57,129 nt of DNA from Clostridia bacterium (lineage in GTDB: Bacteria > Bacillota > Clostridia > DSM-8532): positions 1 through 57,129 of the forward strand of contig JAIFNI010000061.1 in NCBI GenBank assembly GCA_020047785.1, read 5' to 3'. The position numbers and the translations under genes were made by a program. Positions within the stretch are counted from its first letter, which is position 1; each line of letters begins with the position of its first letter. The notes under the pieces are model-generated. The model was not told where the DNA came from and did no database searches. It was given only the letters and a program-made list of their open reading frames with translations. Shown here one piece after another: positions 8,266-18,729 of the stretch.

Positions 8266-9516
8266 TCATTTCCCGCCCGATTCCCATTCCTTTCTGACTT
8301 TATCATACACGTCACCGGAAATGTCCGGTGATTCGAATGCAGTGAATGGTGCGAGATCCGCTCCGGCTACGGAGGGATTCGTGCACCAGTTGTCATGCCG
8401 GTACTTCTCCCTGGCCTCAAGGGTCCGGAAATCCGGAACCTCCATGGGCATGTTTCCCTGACAGATGGATCGGAAGGCCAGAATGCCTGGAACACCCATG
8501 TCCAGCGCCTGATAAACATCAATGCAGTTTTCGCCCGCCGGCCTTCCCAGGATTTTCTCCAGAAAATAGTGCATGGTGTAGAAATCACCACCGCCATGTG
8601 TGGAAGTCAGTTTGGCCAAGGTCGAATCCACGACCGGACGTGGCCGGTAGCTGACTTCCGTTGCCGTCAGGTCATTGCCTTCCGTAAAGAGATTGACCTT
8701 CGAAACGCCCTCATGCCAGCGGTCGGATTCCATCATGCCCTTTTCCCCATAAATGGCGTACCAGATCGAGCCCGGTTCACGCTTTAGGTTGCCGTGCAGG
8801 CTTTTCACCGTCGCGCCGTTGCTCATCTGGGCGACGATCATGCCGGAGGTACCGGCCCGGTACCCCTGTTCACGCATGTTCGCGACGGGCCGTGATTCGA
8901 AGCCCACCACACGGACCGGCCGCAGGCCGGTGATGGTGAGAATCGGACCCAGGCTGTGCGTGCAGTAATAGGTTGCGTACATGCGATTGCGCCAATGATC
9001 CTGCTCTCCATAGGTGATGGATGGCCAGATTGATTCGCAATCATGCACATATTCTCCTTCCCCGTGCATGAATTCACCGACCGCTCCGGACCGGTACAGC
9101 CGTTTCATTTCCTGCGTGGCGGAAAAATAGCAGTAGTTTTCCGCATAGGCATATATCTTTCCACTCTTCTCCACAGCTTCCACCAGAGCCACTGCCTGTG
9201 CCATGGTTTCCACCGGCAGCACCTCGCTGACCACATGCCGGCCCGACAGAAGCAGCCGGATGGCGAAGGGGGCGTGTTCATTGGCATAGTTGGCCAGCAC
9301 CACCGCATCCAGGTCGTGCTGGAAAAAATCATCGAAGTTCTCATAACAGGTGAGGTTGATGCCCGTCTCCCTGGCAAGCGCCCTGCATTTATCCAGCGCC
9401 GGCACATATTTGTCGCAGACGGCGACGAGTTCCGCATCCGGGTGCCTTGCCAGGACATTCATCATGGTCATTCCCCGATAAGCGCCGAACACCCCGACCT
9501 TGATTTTGTTTGTCAT
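8266..9516 (-). CDS. Gfo/Idh/MocA family oxidoreductase
   Basis: 416-aa ORF, AAGGAGG RBS. N-terminal Rossmann pattern KVGVFGAYRG...AVCD. Confidence 0.85.
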   Translation of the reverse strand: MTNKIKVGVFGAYRGMTMMNVLARHPDAELVAVCDKYVPALDKCRALARETGINLTCYENFDDFFQHDLDAVVLANYANEHAPFAIRLLLSGRHVVSEVLPVETMAQAVALVEAVEKSGKIYAYAENYCYFSATQEMKRLYRSGAVGEFMHGEGEYVHDCESIWPSITYGEQDHWRNRMYATYYCTHSLGPILTITGLRPVRVVGFESRPVANMREQGYRAGTSGMIVAQMSNGATVKSLHGNLKREPGSIWYAIYGEKGMMESDRWHEGVSKVNLFTEGNDLTATEVSYRPRPVVDSTLAKLTSTHGGGDFYTMHYFLEKILGRPAGENCIDVYQALDMGVPGILAFRSICQGNMPMEVPDFRTLEAREKYRHDNWCTNPSVAGADLAPFTAFESPDISGDVYDKVRKEWESGGK

Positions 9517-9632
9517 GATGTGACCTCCTTCTTGTCGAATCCGTGGAACTTGCCCGATGAATGATGGATGGAACCCTTCCTTCAGATAGAAATCCCTTTG
9601 GCGTTACCGGTTGAATCCATCCCGGCGGTGCG

Positions 9633-10685
9633 TCAAACCCTGCAGGGATTACCGGGTGTTTTCATTCCGGCGGTTTGATAAACCCTGCATGCGTTCTTGA
9701 AAAATACACCTGCGATCTCCTGCCGGGATGCACCGGATTGCTCCAGCGCGTCCAGCATGGCGCGAACCTGTTCGTACAGGAAAAAGGTATAATTTTTCTC
9801 ATCCTCCGGATACGGATGCCTGTTCCATGGAAAATCTTCACGGCAAAGGTTGAAGTACTCGGTTTCCGTCCACTTTCTTTTCCCATGCCACAGCAGAATG
9901 GGCATGTCCGTGCCAAAAAGAATCTGGTCGGTCCGCAGCTGCTGCAGGCCTTCCTGATGAACCGCGGGATTCATGACGGCGGCCGTGTCAAAGTAAAGCG
10001 CCGACTTGTCCGTTCCCAGTTTCCGCAGGCCCTCCCGCAGATACACGACATTGAAGCTCCGTCCGAAATGCGCAATCACCAGTCGAAGTCCGGGGTATTT
10101 CTGTATGATTTCCCGTATCTCACGGATGTTGTCGTCATCCGCCAGACGCCCCTTTCTGGGAAGATGCAGCAGAACCGTCTTGCCATATCGATCCGCCAGC
10201 TTCAGATGATGGTGCGGCAGAAAATCGAAGATGCTGACTTCGGCCCCTTTTTCGGAAGCCGCCATATAGGGATATGGCTTGAATCCTGCGAATTCACCTT
10301 CCAGGAGCTGTTTCTCGACCGATTCCGCATCCCATTCCGGTCTGATGCCCATGAGCGCTGTTACCTTGTTTTCTCCGACCAGGCCCGCGAGGTATGCATT
10401 GTTGGCGGGCATGTCCGCCTCAGCCAATGGCAGGGGCAACGCAAGCATCTTCATCGCGACATCCGGAAACAAAGCTTCATGATATGCCACAGCCTCTTCA
10501 TACGACATCGACATCCCGCATTGAAGCGCCCAATCTCCGGCAACCGTCTGCGCACTCACCTTCTCGACATGTTCCGGCAGATTGAGGTGAACATGGGCGT
10601 CGAAAACAGATTCCGGGAGACGGTTCTCAATATGTTCCGCATAATAGCGCGCATCGTTTTCATCTCTGACAAACCAGCTGTTCAT
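9633..10685 (-). CDS. Amidohydrolase-2 (metal-dependent TIM-barrel hydrolase) family protein
   Basis: 350-aa ORF. FDAHVHL, IAHFG and FGTDMP motifs typical of PF04909-type amidohydrolases. Confidence 0.75.
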   Translation of the reverse strand: MNSWFVRDENDARYYAEHIENRLPESVFDAHVHLNLPEHVEKVSAQTVAGDWALQCGMSMSYEEAVAYHEALFPDVAMKMLALPLPLAEADMPANNAYLAGLVGENKVTALMGIRPEWDAESVEKQLLEGEFAGFKPYPYMAASEKGAEVSIFDFLPHHHLKLADRYGKTVLLHLPRKGRLADDDNIREIREIIQKYPGLRLVIAHFGRSFNVVYLREGLRKLGTDKSALYFDTAAVMNPAVHQEGLQQLRTDQILFGTDMPILLWHGKRKWTETEYFNLCREDFPWNRHPYPEDEKNYTFFLYEQVRAMLDALEQSGASRQEIAGVFFKNACRVYQTAGMKTPGNPCRV

Positions 10686-10750
10686 GCATCTCCTCTTTTC
10701 CTGCAGGGCGTTTCATTCCAGAAACTGAGTCGGTTCGGTACGAACTTCTT

Positions 10751-12271
10751 TCAAACCCTCTGTTCATTATTCAGGTCGGGCGTTTCGTTGTTTTCCCTGT
10801 CACAGGCCTCTTCGGCCAGATTCATAGCAAGCCATTTGGCCAGATAACGCCGGTATTTCCGTTGATAGTGGCAGACCAGACCCGTGTCGGCATCCATCCT
10901 GCGGAATCCCTTGCCAAATGCCGATGCCGCCCGTCCGTAATCCGGATGCACCCCTGCCCCCACGGCTGCGATGCAGGCGGCTCCAAGACCGGGCGTATCT
11001 CTGGCATCCAGAATGCCGATGTTCTGTTTTTCACAGACAGCCGCCAGAATGGTTGTCCACGCCAGACTGTTGACGGCGCCGCCCGTTACCCGCAGATCCG
11101 TCACCATGAGGCCACTGGATTCATACTCGTCCAGCGCCATCCGAAGCTGAAAGGCCACGCCCTCCATGCAGGCCAGCGCCAGATCCATCCTGTCCGTATC
11201 GAGATCCATTCCCAGAAAAGCCGCCTTGGCGTTGGTATTCAACGACGGAAAGCAGGCGCCTGCCAAAAAGGGTAAGAAAAAAAGATCCGATGACTTTTCA
11301 ACCCGACACAAGACGCTTCCGTCGATTTCCGCATAACTCCCGCCCGTGATGTTGTTCTTCAACCAATCCAGCGAGGCTCCCGCAGCAGGCAGCGATGCCA
11401 GTGCCCCATACAATCCCGGAATGACATGTGGCCCGGGAGAGATATGGGAAGAGGAAAACACAGGTTGTTCCGACACAGCCATGACAACCCAGGCGGTTCC
11501 CGTGGAAAGCATTGCCTCGCCCGGCTTGAGGATGCCGGCTCCCAACGCGCCGCAATACTGGTCATGCGCGCCATTGTAAACTTTGACCCGTTCGTGCAGG
11601 CCCAGGGATTCCGCCGCCTCTTCTGTCAGGCATCCCAGAAAAGCACCGGTGGGAAGGATTGGCGGCAGCATGGCCGTTTCCATGCCCGCAGCCTTCAGGA
11701 TGGAAGGGTGCCATTGGTTCGTCCCGATATCCATCATCTGACGCATGGCGGCATTGGTGGGGTCAATGGCGATGGCGCCTGTCAGGAAGTGATTCATGAC
11801 CTCCAACGTGGTAACAAAATAGGCGGCTGCCTGAAAAAGGTCCGTTTCATGTTCCGACAACCAAAGTCCCTTTGCCATATCCAGCGAAGCATGCGAAATC
11901 CACCCGGTCGTCCGATAAAGAAATTCGCCTCCGAGCTCCTTTTCCAGTGCATCCCGCTGTTCGACGGCACGCCCATCCATCCAGGTGATGGCTGGCGTCA
12001 GCGGTCGGAACGCCTCGTCCACCAGCAGGGAGCTGGCTGCCTGGGTGGACAGGGACAATGCGCCTATTTCGGAGGGATCCAGTCCCTCGACAGCTTGGCG
12101 GACTGCTTCCGTCATCCCGCGAATCCAGTCCTGCGGGTCCTGTTCCACCCGTCCGCCGGTACCCGTGACGAGACCATATCCCCAATACCCGCTTCCGGCA
12201 GGCATGCCGGATTCGTCCATCACGATGGCTTTGCATCCGGTTGTTCCAACATCGATTCCGATTATCAGCAT
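10751..12271 (-). CDS. FGGY-family carbohydrate kinase (xylulokinase-like)
   Basis: ORF 10751..12289. ATG at 12271 has GGAGAA upstream. N-terminus IGIDVGTTGCKA. Confidence 0.85.
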   Translation of the reverse strand: MLIIGIDVGTTGCKAIVMDESGMPAGSGYWGYGLVTGTGGRVEQDPQDWIRGMTEAVRQAVEGLDPSEIGALSLSTQAASSLLVDEAFRPLTPAITWMDGRAVEQRDALEKELGGEFLYRTTGWISHASLDMAKGLWLSEHETDLFQAAAYFVTTLEVMNHFLTGAIAIDPTNAAMRQMMDIGTNQWHPSILKAAGMETAMLPPILPTGAFLGCLTEEAAESLGLHERVKVYNGAHDQYCGALGAGILKPGEAMLSTGTAWVVMAVSEQPVFSSSHISPGPHVIPGLYGALASLPAAGASLDWLKNNITGGSYAEIDGSVLCRVEKSSDLFFLPFLAGACFPSLNTNAKAAFLGMDLDTDRMDLALACMEGVAFQLRMALDEYESSGLMVTDLRVTGGAVNSLAWTTILAAVCEKQNIGILDARDTPGLGAACIAAVGAGVHPDYGRAASAFGKGFRRMDADTGLVCHYQRKYRRYLAKWLAMNLAEEACDRENNETPDLNNEQRV

Positions 12272-12320
12272 AGATATGATTCTCCGCATTCAAAGCGATT
12301 TCATGCCTGTTTCTTAGCGT

Positions 12321-13859
12321 TCAAAGCAATTTCATTGCCTCTTCCATTTTTTCAAGCAGATAATCCATTGCCTTCCGGGATGTGACCAAGGGAAGCTTGA
12401 GCAACGCCGCAGGCGGACAATTGGCCTTGTAGGTCTGTGCGCTGACATCGATGCAAAAACTGTTCATGGTTTTGGAAAACTTTACAGCCATGTCCACGGT
12501 CTTGAAATGAATGGCTGCCAGATGGCCCTGACCTCCGATACCGGCAACCGAGGACGGAAACATTCCGGCAAGCGCCCGCAGTCGTGTTTCGAAATCGATT
12601 CCCCGTCTTTCGATTTCCTCCGCATTCTCCTGGGCGAATTCCATGGTAATCAGATAGGCAAGGCTTGCAAGCTCCTCCTGACCGTTGGTGACAAGTGCGC
12701 CGAAAAGGTTCAGGTTATCCATTTCATGTGTCGTGATGATTTTGGACGCGGGATACTCGCCGCCGGGAAAGCCCTTGCCCAATATCACAAAGTCAGGTTC
12801 CAGATGGTACAGCTTATACAGGAACATCCCCCTGTACCACATGCAGGATTGGATTTCATCGACCAGCGTCGGTGTTTCATATTCCCGGCAAAGCTGGTAC
12901 GCCCCGCGGAGATACGCCTCCGAAAGCCGGATGCCGCCGTAATTCATCAGGATGATTTCATGCAGGAAACCCGCCGTCCTGAAGCCATCCCGATTGTACT
13001 GCCTGATTTTCCGTTCGAAGTCGGGAAGGTCGTTGATGCGGACACTGACAGTCTTGAAGATTCCGTTCCGTTCGAAGGATTCTCTCAGATCAGGCCACAT
13101 ACCCCGAAGGATTTGGGCGAAGAGGGTTGTGCCATGGTAGTTGGCTTCAGGACCGTCCTCATTGTCCGCCATCACCAGGAAAACCGGTGTCTTTCCGGCA
13201 TGAGTCGGTTCCCCGAATGTTTTGTCCAGTCTGCTGAACCGGTTCAGCATCATCTTGATGCCGGCTTCCACCGCCAGACTGCCGGTTTCCAGATTGATGA
13301 CCCGGTTCAGCACCCTTGGTTCAGTGGAATGCAGGCAGGCATCCAAGGCCGCCGGATCCTCCCGGGGAAGGGAATTGGCGGTCCGGATGAGTTCGCGCTC
13401 CATCAGGCGTGTGATATACCCGCGGGTATTGTTATGTGTCGCGTTGGGGATGCCGAGGAGCCGTGCCGTGTTCAAGAGCTTGTAACCGCCGAAGCCGTGC
13501 CCCAGAGAGGTGTGGTAATGTTCACTTTTGGCGGTCATGTACAGTTTTCCATCCTCCCCGACCCGGAAGATGCCGAAGCCGCCCACAGGCGCCGCATTCC
13601 GATTTGCTGCCCGTCCGAAGGCATCCGTGGGCGCGCCATGATTGGTATTGTCAAACGCAGGAATGAATTGCGTGCCTGTCCTTGCCAGCAAAGCATCCTG
13701 TCGTTCCTGATCCGCCTGGCTGAAAAAGCTGACGGGTTCCCCGGCCAGTTGTTCCGCCGTTTCAGCCGCCATGCCATTCAAAGATATCGCACAGTTCCTG
13801 ACGGCGCTCATATACGCCTCGCCCAGCAGCTCCGTCAGAGACCTTGTCACATTCATCAT
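12321..13859 (-). CDS. Class III aminotransferase-fold PLP-dependent enzyme
   Basis: 512-aa ORF. VDEIQSC...ILGKGF pattern (putative PLP lysine). Start overlaps the upstream stop (ATGATGA at 13853-13859), indicating translational coupling. Confidence 0.65.
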   Translation of the reverse strand: MMNVTRSLTELLGEAYMSAVRNCAISLNGMAAETAEQLAGEPVSFFSQADQERQDALLARTGTQFIPAFDNTNHGAPTDAFGRAANRNAAPVGGFGIFRVGEDGKLYMTAKSEHYHTSLGHGFGGYKLLNTARLLGIPNATHNNTRGYITRLMERELIRTANSLPREDPAALDACLHSTEPRVLNRVINLETGSLAVEAGIKMMLNRFSRLDKTFGEPTHAGKTPVFLVMADNEDGPEANYHGTTLFAQILRGMWPDLRESFERNGIFKTVSVRINDLPDFERKIRQYNRDGFRTAGFLHEIILMNYGGIRLSEAYLRGAYQLCREYETPTLVDEIQSCMWYRGMFLYKLYHLEPDFVILGKGFPGGEYPASKIITTHEMDNLNLFGALVTNGQEELASLAYLITMEFAQENAEEIERRGIDFETRLRALAGMFPSSVAGIGGQGHLAAIHFKTVDMAVKFSKTMNSFCIDVSAQTYKANCPPAALLKLPLVTSRKAMDYLLEKMEEAMKLL

Positions 13860-15280
13860 GGTCTTGTCCTCCCGATGACCTTCACGTCGAATCCCATCAT
13901 TTCTCCAAAGGGTATCAGGTCATCCAGAACATCCCCGTATACCATGGCCAGATGATGGGTTCCTCCTGCCAGGCTGTATTCCTTCAGGAACGCGGCAATC
14001 GGCAACGCAGGTCTGATCCATCCATGGATGCTGTCGGCCATTTTGTCTTCACTTTTGACATCAAGCACCTCAACACGGCTCAGAATGAGCGTGAACCTTC
14101 CGCCTGCCGACGGGGCCAGATTCACCAGCACCGCGATGCCCGGCATGTACCTGCCATACGCCACCATGGGATTCTTGGCGTCTGTATAGGGAAAATCCAT
14201 CTCCATCAGTCTTGGCCTGCCAGCCGCAATCCTGAGATTCATCTCCCCCATGTGGCTCAGAAACAAGGTGTTTCCCTGCCAGTCCGGGCAGAACATTTCC
14301 GTGAAGGTCGTCTGCGGGTGGATGGATGCCAACGCCCCGATCAAGGCGGCTGTCAGCACATCTCCCTCTCCGGCATACCCGATGCCCTCGGCCATCTGGC
14401 GGCCGGCTTCCAGAAAAGGAACGCATTCGAATCCAGAATTCCGGGTGATGGCAAGGAAATTCACGGTGAACGCGGTCAGCTTCTCCTCCGCTATCCAGTC
14501 CCGAAGCCGAAGCCCCGCCCGAACCGTTCGGTCATGGATGTTTCTATCATAGGAAATCGGCTCGAAATCCCGCAGGTCCCTTTCCATCTCGGCATTGATT
14601 CTTGATTGTGCGAGGATGGACTCCGGCTGGTCATTCCCGATGATGCCGCCCCTCTCCCCCGGAAAAGGAACAACCGTCATGCCGATGCAGTCCTTCAGCT
14701 CCTCGAAGGGAATCTGAAAATCACCCATCCCATCGAACGGCTGACCGACAATGCCGACACGGGCGCTTCGCATCCGTTGCGCGGCACTGGCCGCCATGCA
14801 CAATTTCCCGACCCGGGACAGGACATCGGATTGCTCGAAATGCCCCGCCTCAAGGAAAAACTTCTTCCCGCGGCGAAGGAGCAGGTTGCACATGTCCTGA
14901 ACCCCATGAATGCCATGGTTGTACATGATTTCATCCGGTTCCGTTCCGCTTCCGAAATCCGCTGTTACAGTGGTATCCAGTACGATGAGTGGGACCCTGA
15001 TGCGGCATAGGGCCTCGATGGACTGCAGGGAAGGGGAATAGGCCAGGTGAATCGTGACGACGGCGCAGACTTCTTCCCTTTCGAAGGTATCGACGGCAGT
15101 CCGAAACTCTTCCTCCACCCTGCAGATCGGCACGCAGACCGGGTCCATGCCATGATCGCGGAGGCTGTCCGCCATTTGTGCGTAGATGCCGTTGATGCGT
15201 GGCCGCACTTCCGGACTGGCCGTGTCGTATAGCGCCAGGTACAAAGGCAGCAACCCGATTCGAACTCCTGATCCTGTCAT
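13856..15280 (-). CDS. L-fucose/L-arabinose isomerase family protein
   Basis: 474-aa ORF, GAGGA RBS. N-terminal RIGLLPLYLALYD and overall pattern resemble AraA/FucI-family proteins by eye. Confidence 0.65.
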   Translation of the reverse strand: MTGSGVRIGLLPLYLALYDTASPEVRPRINGIYAQMADSLRDHGMDPVCVPICRVEEEFRTAVDTFEREEVCAVVTIHLAYSPSLQSIEALCRIRVPLIVLDTTVTADFGSGTEPDEIMYNHGIHGVQDMCNLLLRRGKKFFLEAGHFEQSDVLSRVGKLCMAASAAQRMRSARVGIVGQPFDGMGDFQIPFEELKDCIGMTVVPFPGERGGIIGNDQPESILAQSRINAEMERDLRDFEPISYDRNIHDRTVRAGLRLRDWIAEEKLTAFTVNFLAITRNSGFECVPFLEAGRQMAEGIGYAGEGDVLTAALIGALASIHPQTTFTEMFCPDWQGNTLFLSHMGEMNLRIAAGRPRLMEMDFPYTDAKNPMVAYGRYMPGIAVLVNLAPSAGGRFTLILSRVEVLDVKSEDKMADSIHGWIRPALPIAAFLKEYSLAGGTHHLAMVYGDVLDDLIPFGEMMGFDVKVIGRTRP

Positions 15281-15306
15281 CTCTTCATCCTCTCTTCATC
15301 CTCGCT

Positions 15307-16434
15307 TCATCCTCTTCCGACCTTCCGATAATGGTTGAATCCGTCCACAGCGGTCCTGATGTTTTCCCAGGGTGTTCCAGGCGCACATGAACTGGACATG
15401 GACAGGAACAAACCGGTTTCAGGGCCGTTCTCCACGAGAAAGCGCATTTGTCGGCGGACATCCTCCGGTTTTCCCAACGGCAGCTCCCGTGTCACGGACA
15501 CGCCGGCCTGAATCACCAGAGAATGGCCTTCCCGATCCTTCATCCGGCAGATTTTCACATAATCCATACCGTCTTCGTACTGGAATCCCTGAAAGCCATT
15601 CACTCCGGATTCCAATAGAAGCGGGAACAAATCCATCAGATTTCCATCGCAATGCCACAGGAGTGTGAACCCCGCATCCACCGCCGGTTTGATGGACCGG
15701 GCGAAGTGACCGGCCCATGACCGTTCCAGAGATGCCGGACTGACCAGCAGACCCCTCGAATCCGCCATGTCGTGATCCAACCGATGATACAGCGGAAGTC
15801 CGGCCCATTGGAACGCCTTGACCACCGCCCGGTTGTGCAGGACCGCATATTCCGCCTGCAATCCGAACAGGCGGTCCATCACTTCGGGATATAGAACATA
15901 AGCCATCAGAAAGCTTTCATAACCGTACCGGTAATAGGCAAGCTGGGGAAAAAGCAGATGATCGTATCCCGCCTTGAGGATGTCGGGTCCAAGAAGCCGC
16001 TGTGCCTGGGATTCCAATGTGACAACATCCTGAATGACCTGCCTTTCATCGAAGCACCGGATTTGTTTTTCCAGCAACGGAAACGCAAACCGTTCCAAAT
16101 GCGCCACACAAGCTTCCGGAGAGTCAATCACCATGCCATCCAGTTCAGGAATGCCGCCGGTGGTTGCGCCGCCGCCCCCGCCTTCATACCCCTTGTCTCC
16201 CATCGACAGGGGGTTTTCCGCCAGCATCTGATCCACCATGTTGACGCCGATCTGTTCCAGCATCCTCATGTATACGCCATACGGGTCTTTTGCGTATTCC
16301 CCGGGTTCCGCGCACGCCAGTCGTTCTATCATGCCGTGCTCCATCACATGGACCAGACCGGTGGGAATCCCTTTTGTCTTTTCCCTATGGAGCGTGTCCA
16401 ATGCCAGCTGCATGCTTTGTGAACAAGTCGGCAT
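15307..16434 (-). CDS. Uroporphyrinogen-decarboxylase (URO-D) fold family protein, function unknown
   Basis: 375-aa ORF, GGGAGG RBS. C-terminal half LLWHCDGNLMDLFPLLLESGVNGFQ typical of URO-D/MtaA-like TIM barrels. Confidence 0.6.
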   Translation of the reverse strand: MPTCSQSMQLALDTLHREKTKGIPTGLVHVMEHGMIERLACAEPGEYAKDPYGVYMRMLEQIGVNMVDQMLAENPLSMGDKGYEGGGGGATTGGIPELDGMVIDSPEACVAHLERFAFPLLEKQIRCFDERQVIQDVVTLESQAQRLLGPDILKAGYDHLLFPQLAYYRYGYESFLMAYVLYPEVMDRLFGLQAEYAVLHNRAVVKAFQWAGLPLYHRLDHDMADSRGLLVSPASLERSWAGHFARSIKPAVDAGFTLLWHCDGNLMDLFPLLLESGVNGFQGFQYEDGMDYVKICRMKDREGHSLVIQAGVSVTRELPLGKPEDVRRQMRFLVENGPETGLFLSMSSSCAPGTPWENIRTAVDGFNHYRKVGRG

Positions 16435-16704
16435 GTTCTTCCCTCCCGGTTCGCTGCCTTGCAGAGGTTTTTGTCGAAACCCAGCATATCCAGAAAAGAC
16501 AGATCGGCATCATGTCAATATGCGCCAATCCTATGACGTTTTCTTTCATATGTCAAGGTTTCTCAAGCAATTTCCTTTATTTTTTGAATTTTTCATTCAT
16601 TATTTCGAAACTTATTCATCGAATTTGACTTTTTCCGTCATTTCAAATAGAATACAGCAAGAAATACCCAACACATGGATCATGGAACACCACGGGTGAA
16701 ATGC

Positions 16705-17490
16705 ATGTCGAAAACAGAGGAAAGAGAATCCCGAATCCTGCAGACCTTGAATCAGGGAAACAAGCTGTCGATTGAAGAAGTGACGGCCATGCTCGGAATC
16801 TCCTTGTCCAGCGCCAGAAGGCTGTTCATCAAGCTGGAGGAAACCGGAAAGTACGTCCGCACGCATGGCGGCATCCACCTTGTCTCGCCAAAAGGACCCG
16901 AATACTCCTTTGATGCGCTGGAAAGCAGGAACCTTTCCGAAAAAAAGCAGATTGCCCGATGCGCGGCAGATATGATTCAGGATGACGATGTCGTTTATCT
17001 GGACAGTGGAACCACCCTGCTCCAAATGGCGCTTGCCATCAAACAGCGCGTGTCCGCGCACCAGCTCCGCGGCGCCAGGTTCATCACCAATTCCTTTGCG
17101 AATCTTCTCGTCCTGCAGGGCATCTGTCCGGTCATCCTGATCGGCGGCGAGTATCATGCAGGCCGGAAAGCATTCGCCGGTTATCCCGCGGAGCGGTTCG
17201 TGGGACAGTTTCTCTACAAGAAATCCTTTCTGGGCGCGGACGGGCTGGTTCTGGACGAGGGGTACATGACGACGGACACCGATACGGCGAAACTCAACGA
17301 GGTCGTGATGAGGCGGTCCGATGAAAGTCATGTGCTGCTGGATTCCAGCAAATTCGGACAGCGCTCCTTTGTCAGTTATGCGGCTGTTTCAGAGATCGGG
17401 ACCCTCATCACGGACGCAGGCCTCACGGATGTCTTTGCAGCGGCATGCATCCAGAAGAACATGACGCTGATCATCGCAAAAGCTGACTAG
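16705..17490 (+). CDS. DeoR/GlpR family transcriptional regulator
   Basis: ORF 16675..17490, ATG 16705. N-terminal HTH (RILQTLNQGNKLSIEEVTAMLGISLSSARR) plus a DeoR C-terminal sensor pattern. Divergent from the sugar block. Confidence 0.85.
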   Translation: MSKTEERESRILQTLNQGNKLSIEEVTAMLGISLSSARRLFIKLEETGKYVRTHGGIHLVSPKGPEYSFDALESRNLSEKKQIARCAADMIQDDDVVYLDSGTTLLQMALAIKQRVSAHQLRGARFITNSFANLLVLQGICPVILIGGEYHAGRKAFAGYPAERFVGQFLYKKSFLGADGLVLDEGYMTTDTDTAKLNEVVMRRSDESHVLLDSSKFGQRSFVSYAAVSEIGTLITDAGLTDVFAAACIQKNMTLIIAKAD

Positions 17491-17526
17491 CCCTTATCAT
17501 CAAACTCGACAGCAAGGAGAAAAATC

Positions 17527-18666
17527 ATGGGCAGGACAATCCGGTTCGGCATCATCGGCTGCGGTCTGATGGGACGGGAATTCGCAAGCGCCAGCGCCAG
17601 ATGGTGTCATCTGACCTCGGACATACCCCGGCCGGAAATCGTGGGCATCTGCGACACCAACGCAACTTCCCATTCCTGGTTCGTCAGCAATTTTTCAACC
17701 ATCGTGACGGTGACGGCAGACTATAAGGACTTGCTTGTCCGCGAGGACATTGACGCCATCTATTGTGCCTTGCCGCATGTGCTGCACGAACAGGTCTATA
17801 TCGATGTCATCCGGTCCGGGAAGCATCTGCTCGGTGAAAAGCCCTTTGGCATCGACCAGAAGGCCAATGCCAACATTCTGGATGCCATCCGGCAGCATCC
17901 GGAAGTCACCGTGCGCTGTGCCAGCGAGTTTCCCTACTATCCTGCCTGCCAGATGCTGATTCGCTGGATTCAGGAGGACCGCTTCGGACGCATGCTGGAA
18001 GTCAAAGCCGGATTCAACCACGCCAGTGATCTGGATGTGACGAAGCCCATCAACTGGAAGCGCAAGAAAGCCATCAACGGAGAGTATGGCTGCATGGGCG
18101 ATTTGGGAATCCACACGCAGCATGTCCCCTTCCGGGTGGGATGGGTCCCGAAAAGGGTGTATGCCTGCCTGTCGGATGTGGTGACGGAACGCCCGGACGG
18201 AAAGGGCGGAACAACCGCCTGCGACACCTATGACAACGCCACACTGGTCTGCACCTGCGAAGATCGCACCGGCCATGAATTTCCGATGTTTCTGGAAACC
18301 AAGAGGCTTTCACCCGGCTCGACGAATGACTGGTATCTGCGGGTGACCGGTATGGAGGCATCCGCCCATTTCACTTCGGAAGACCCCAACGCCTTCCACT
18401 ACCTGCATTCCGAAGGCAAGGACCAGGCCTGGTCCCGGGTTGTGATCGGCAGCAAGCCGCTTTTCCCGACCATCACCGGAGACATCTTCGAATTCGGTTT
18501 TTCAGATTCCATCCTCCAGATGTGGGCAGCCTTCCTGCAGGAAATCGAAGGAGTCCCCGTTGCCTTCGGATGCTTCACGCCGGAAGAAACCCGCCTCTCG
18601 CACGCGCTTCTCACGGCAGCCCTTCAATCCCACGAAACGAAAAATTCCGTGGCGCTGGACCTGTAA
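17527..18666 (+). CDS. Gfo/Idh/MocA family oxidoreductase
   Basis: 379-aa ORF, AAGGAGA RBS. RFGIIGCGLMGREF Rossmann motif. Confidence 0.85.
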   Translation: MGRTIRFGIIGCGLMGREFASASARWCHLTSDIPRPEIVGICDTNATSHSWFVSNFSTIVTVTADYKDLLVREDIDAIYCALPHVLHEQVYIDVIRSGKHLLGEKPFGIDQKANANILDAIRQHPEVTVRCASEFPYYPACQMLIRWIQEDRFGRMLEVKAGFNHASDLDVTKPINWKRKKAINGEYGCMGDLGIHTQHVPFRVGWVPKRVYACLSDVVTERPDGKGGTTACDTYDNATLVCTCEDRTGHEFPMFLETKRLSPGSTNDWYLRVTGMEASAHFTSEDPNAFHYLHSEGKDQAWSRVVIGSKPLFPTITGDIFEFGFSDSILQMWAAFLQEIEGVPVAFGCFTPEETRLSHALLTAALQSHETKNSVALDL

Positions 18667-18729
18667 AGCAGGACAATCCTGCCACAATCAGGGTTTTTTG
18701 TGGTACATATTCCCATAAAAAGCAACATC

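Noticed and set aside
15279-15320. Threefold cttcatcct repeat at the junction of two CDS as a regulatory element.
   Set aside because: It is short and overlaps the stop codon of one gene and the RBS/start of the next. It is adequately explained by coding and SD sequence (GAGGATGAAG on the coding strand).
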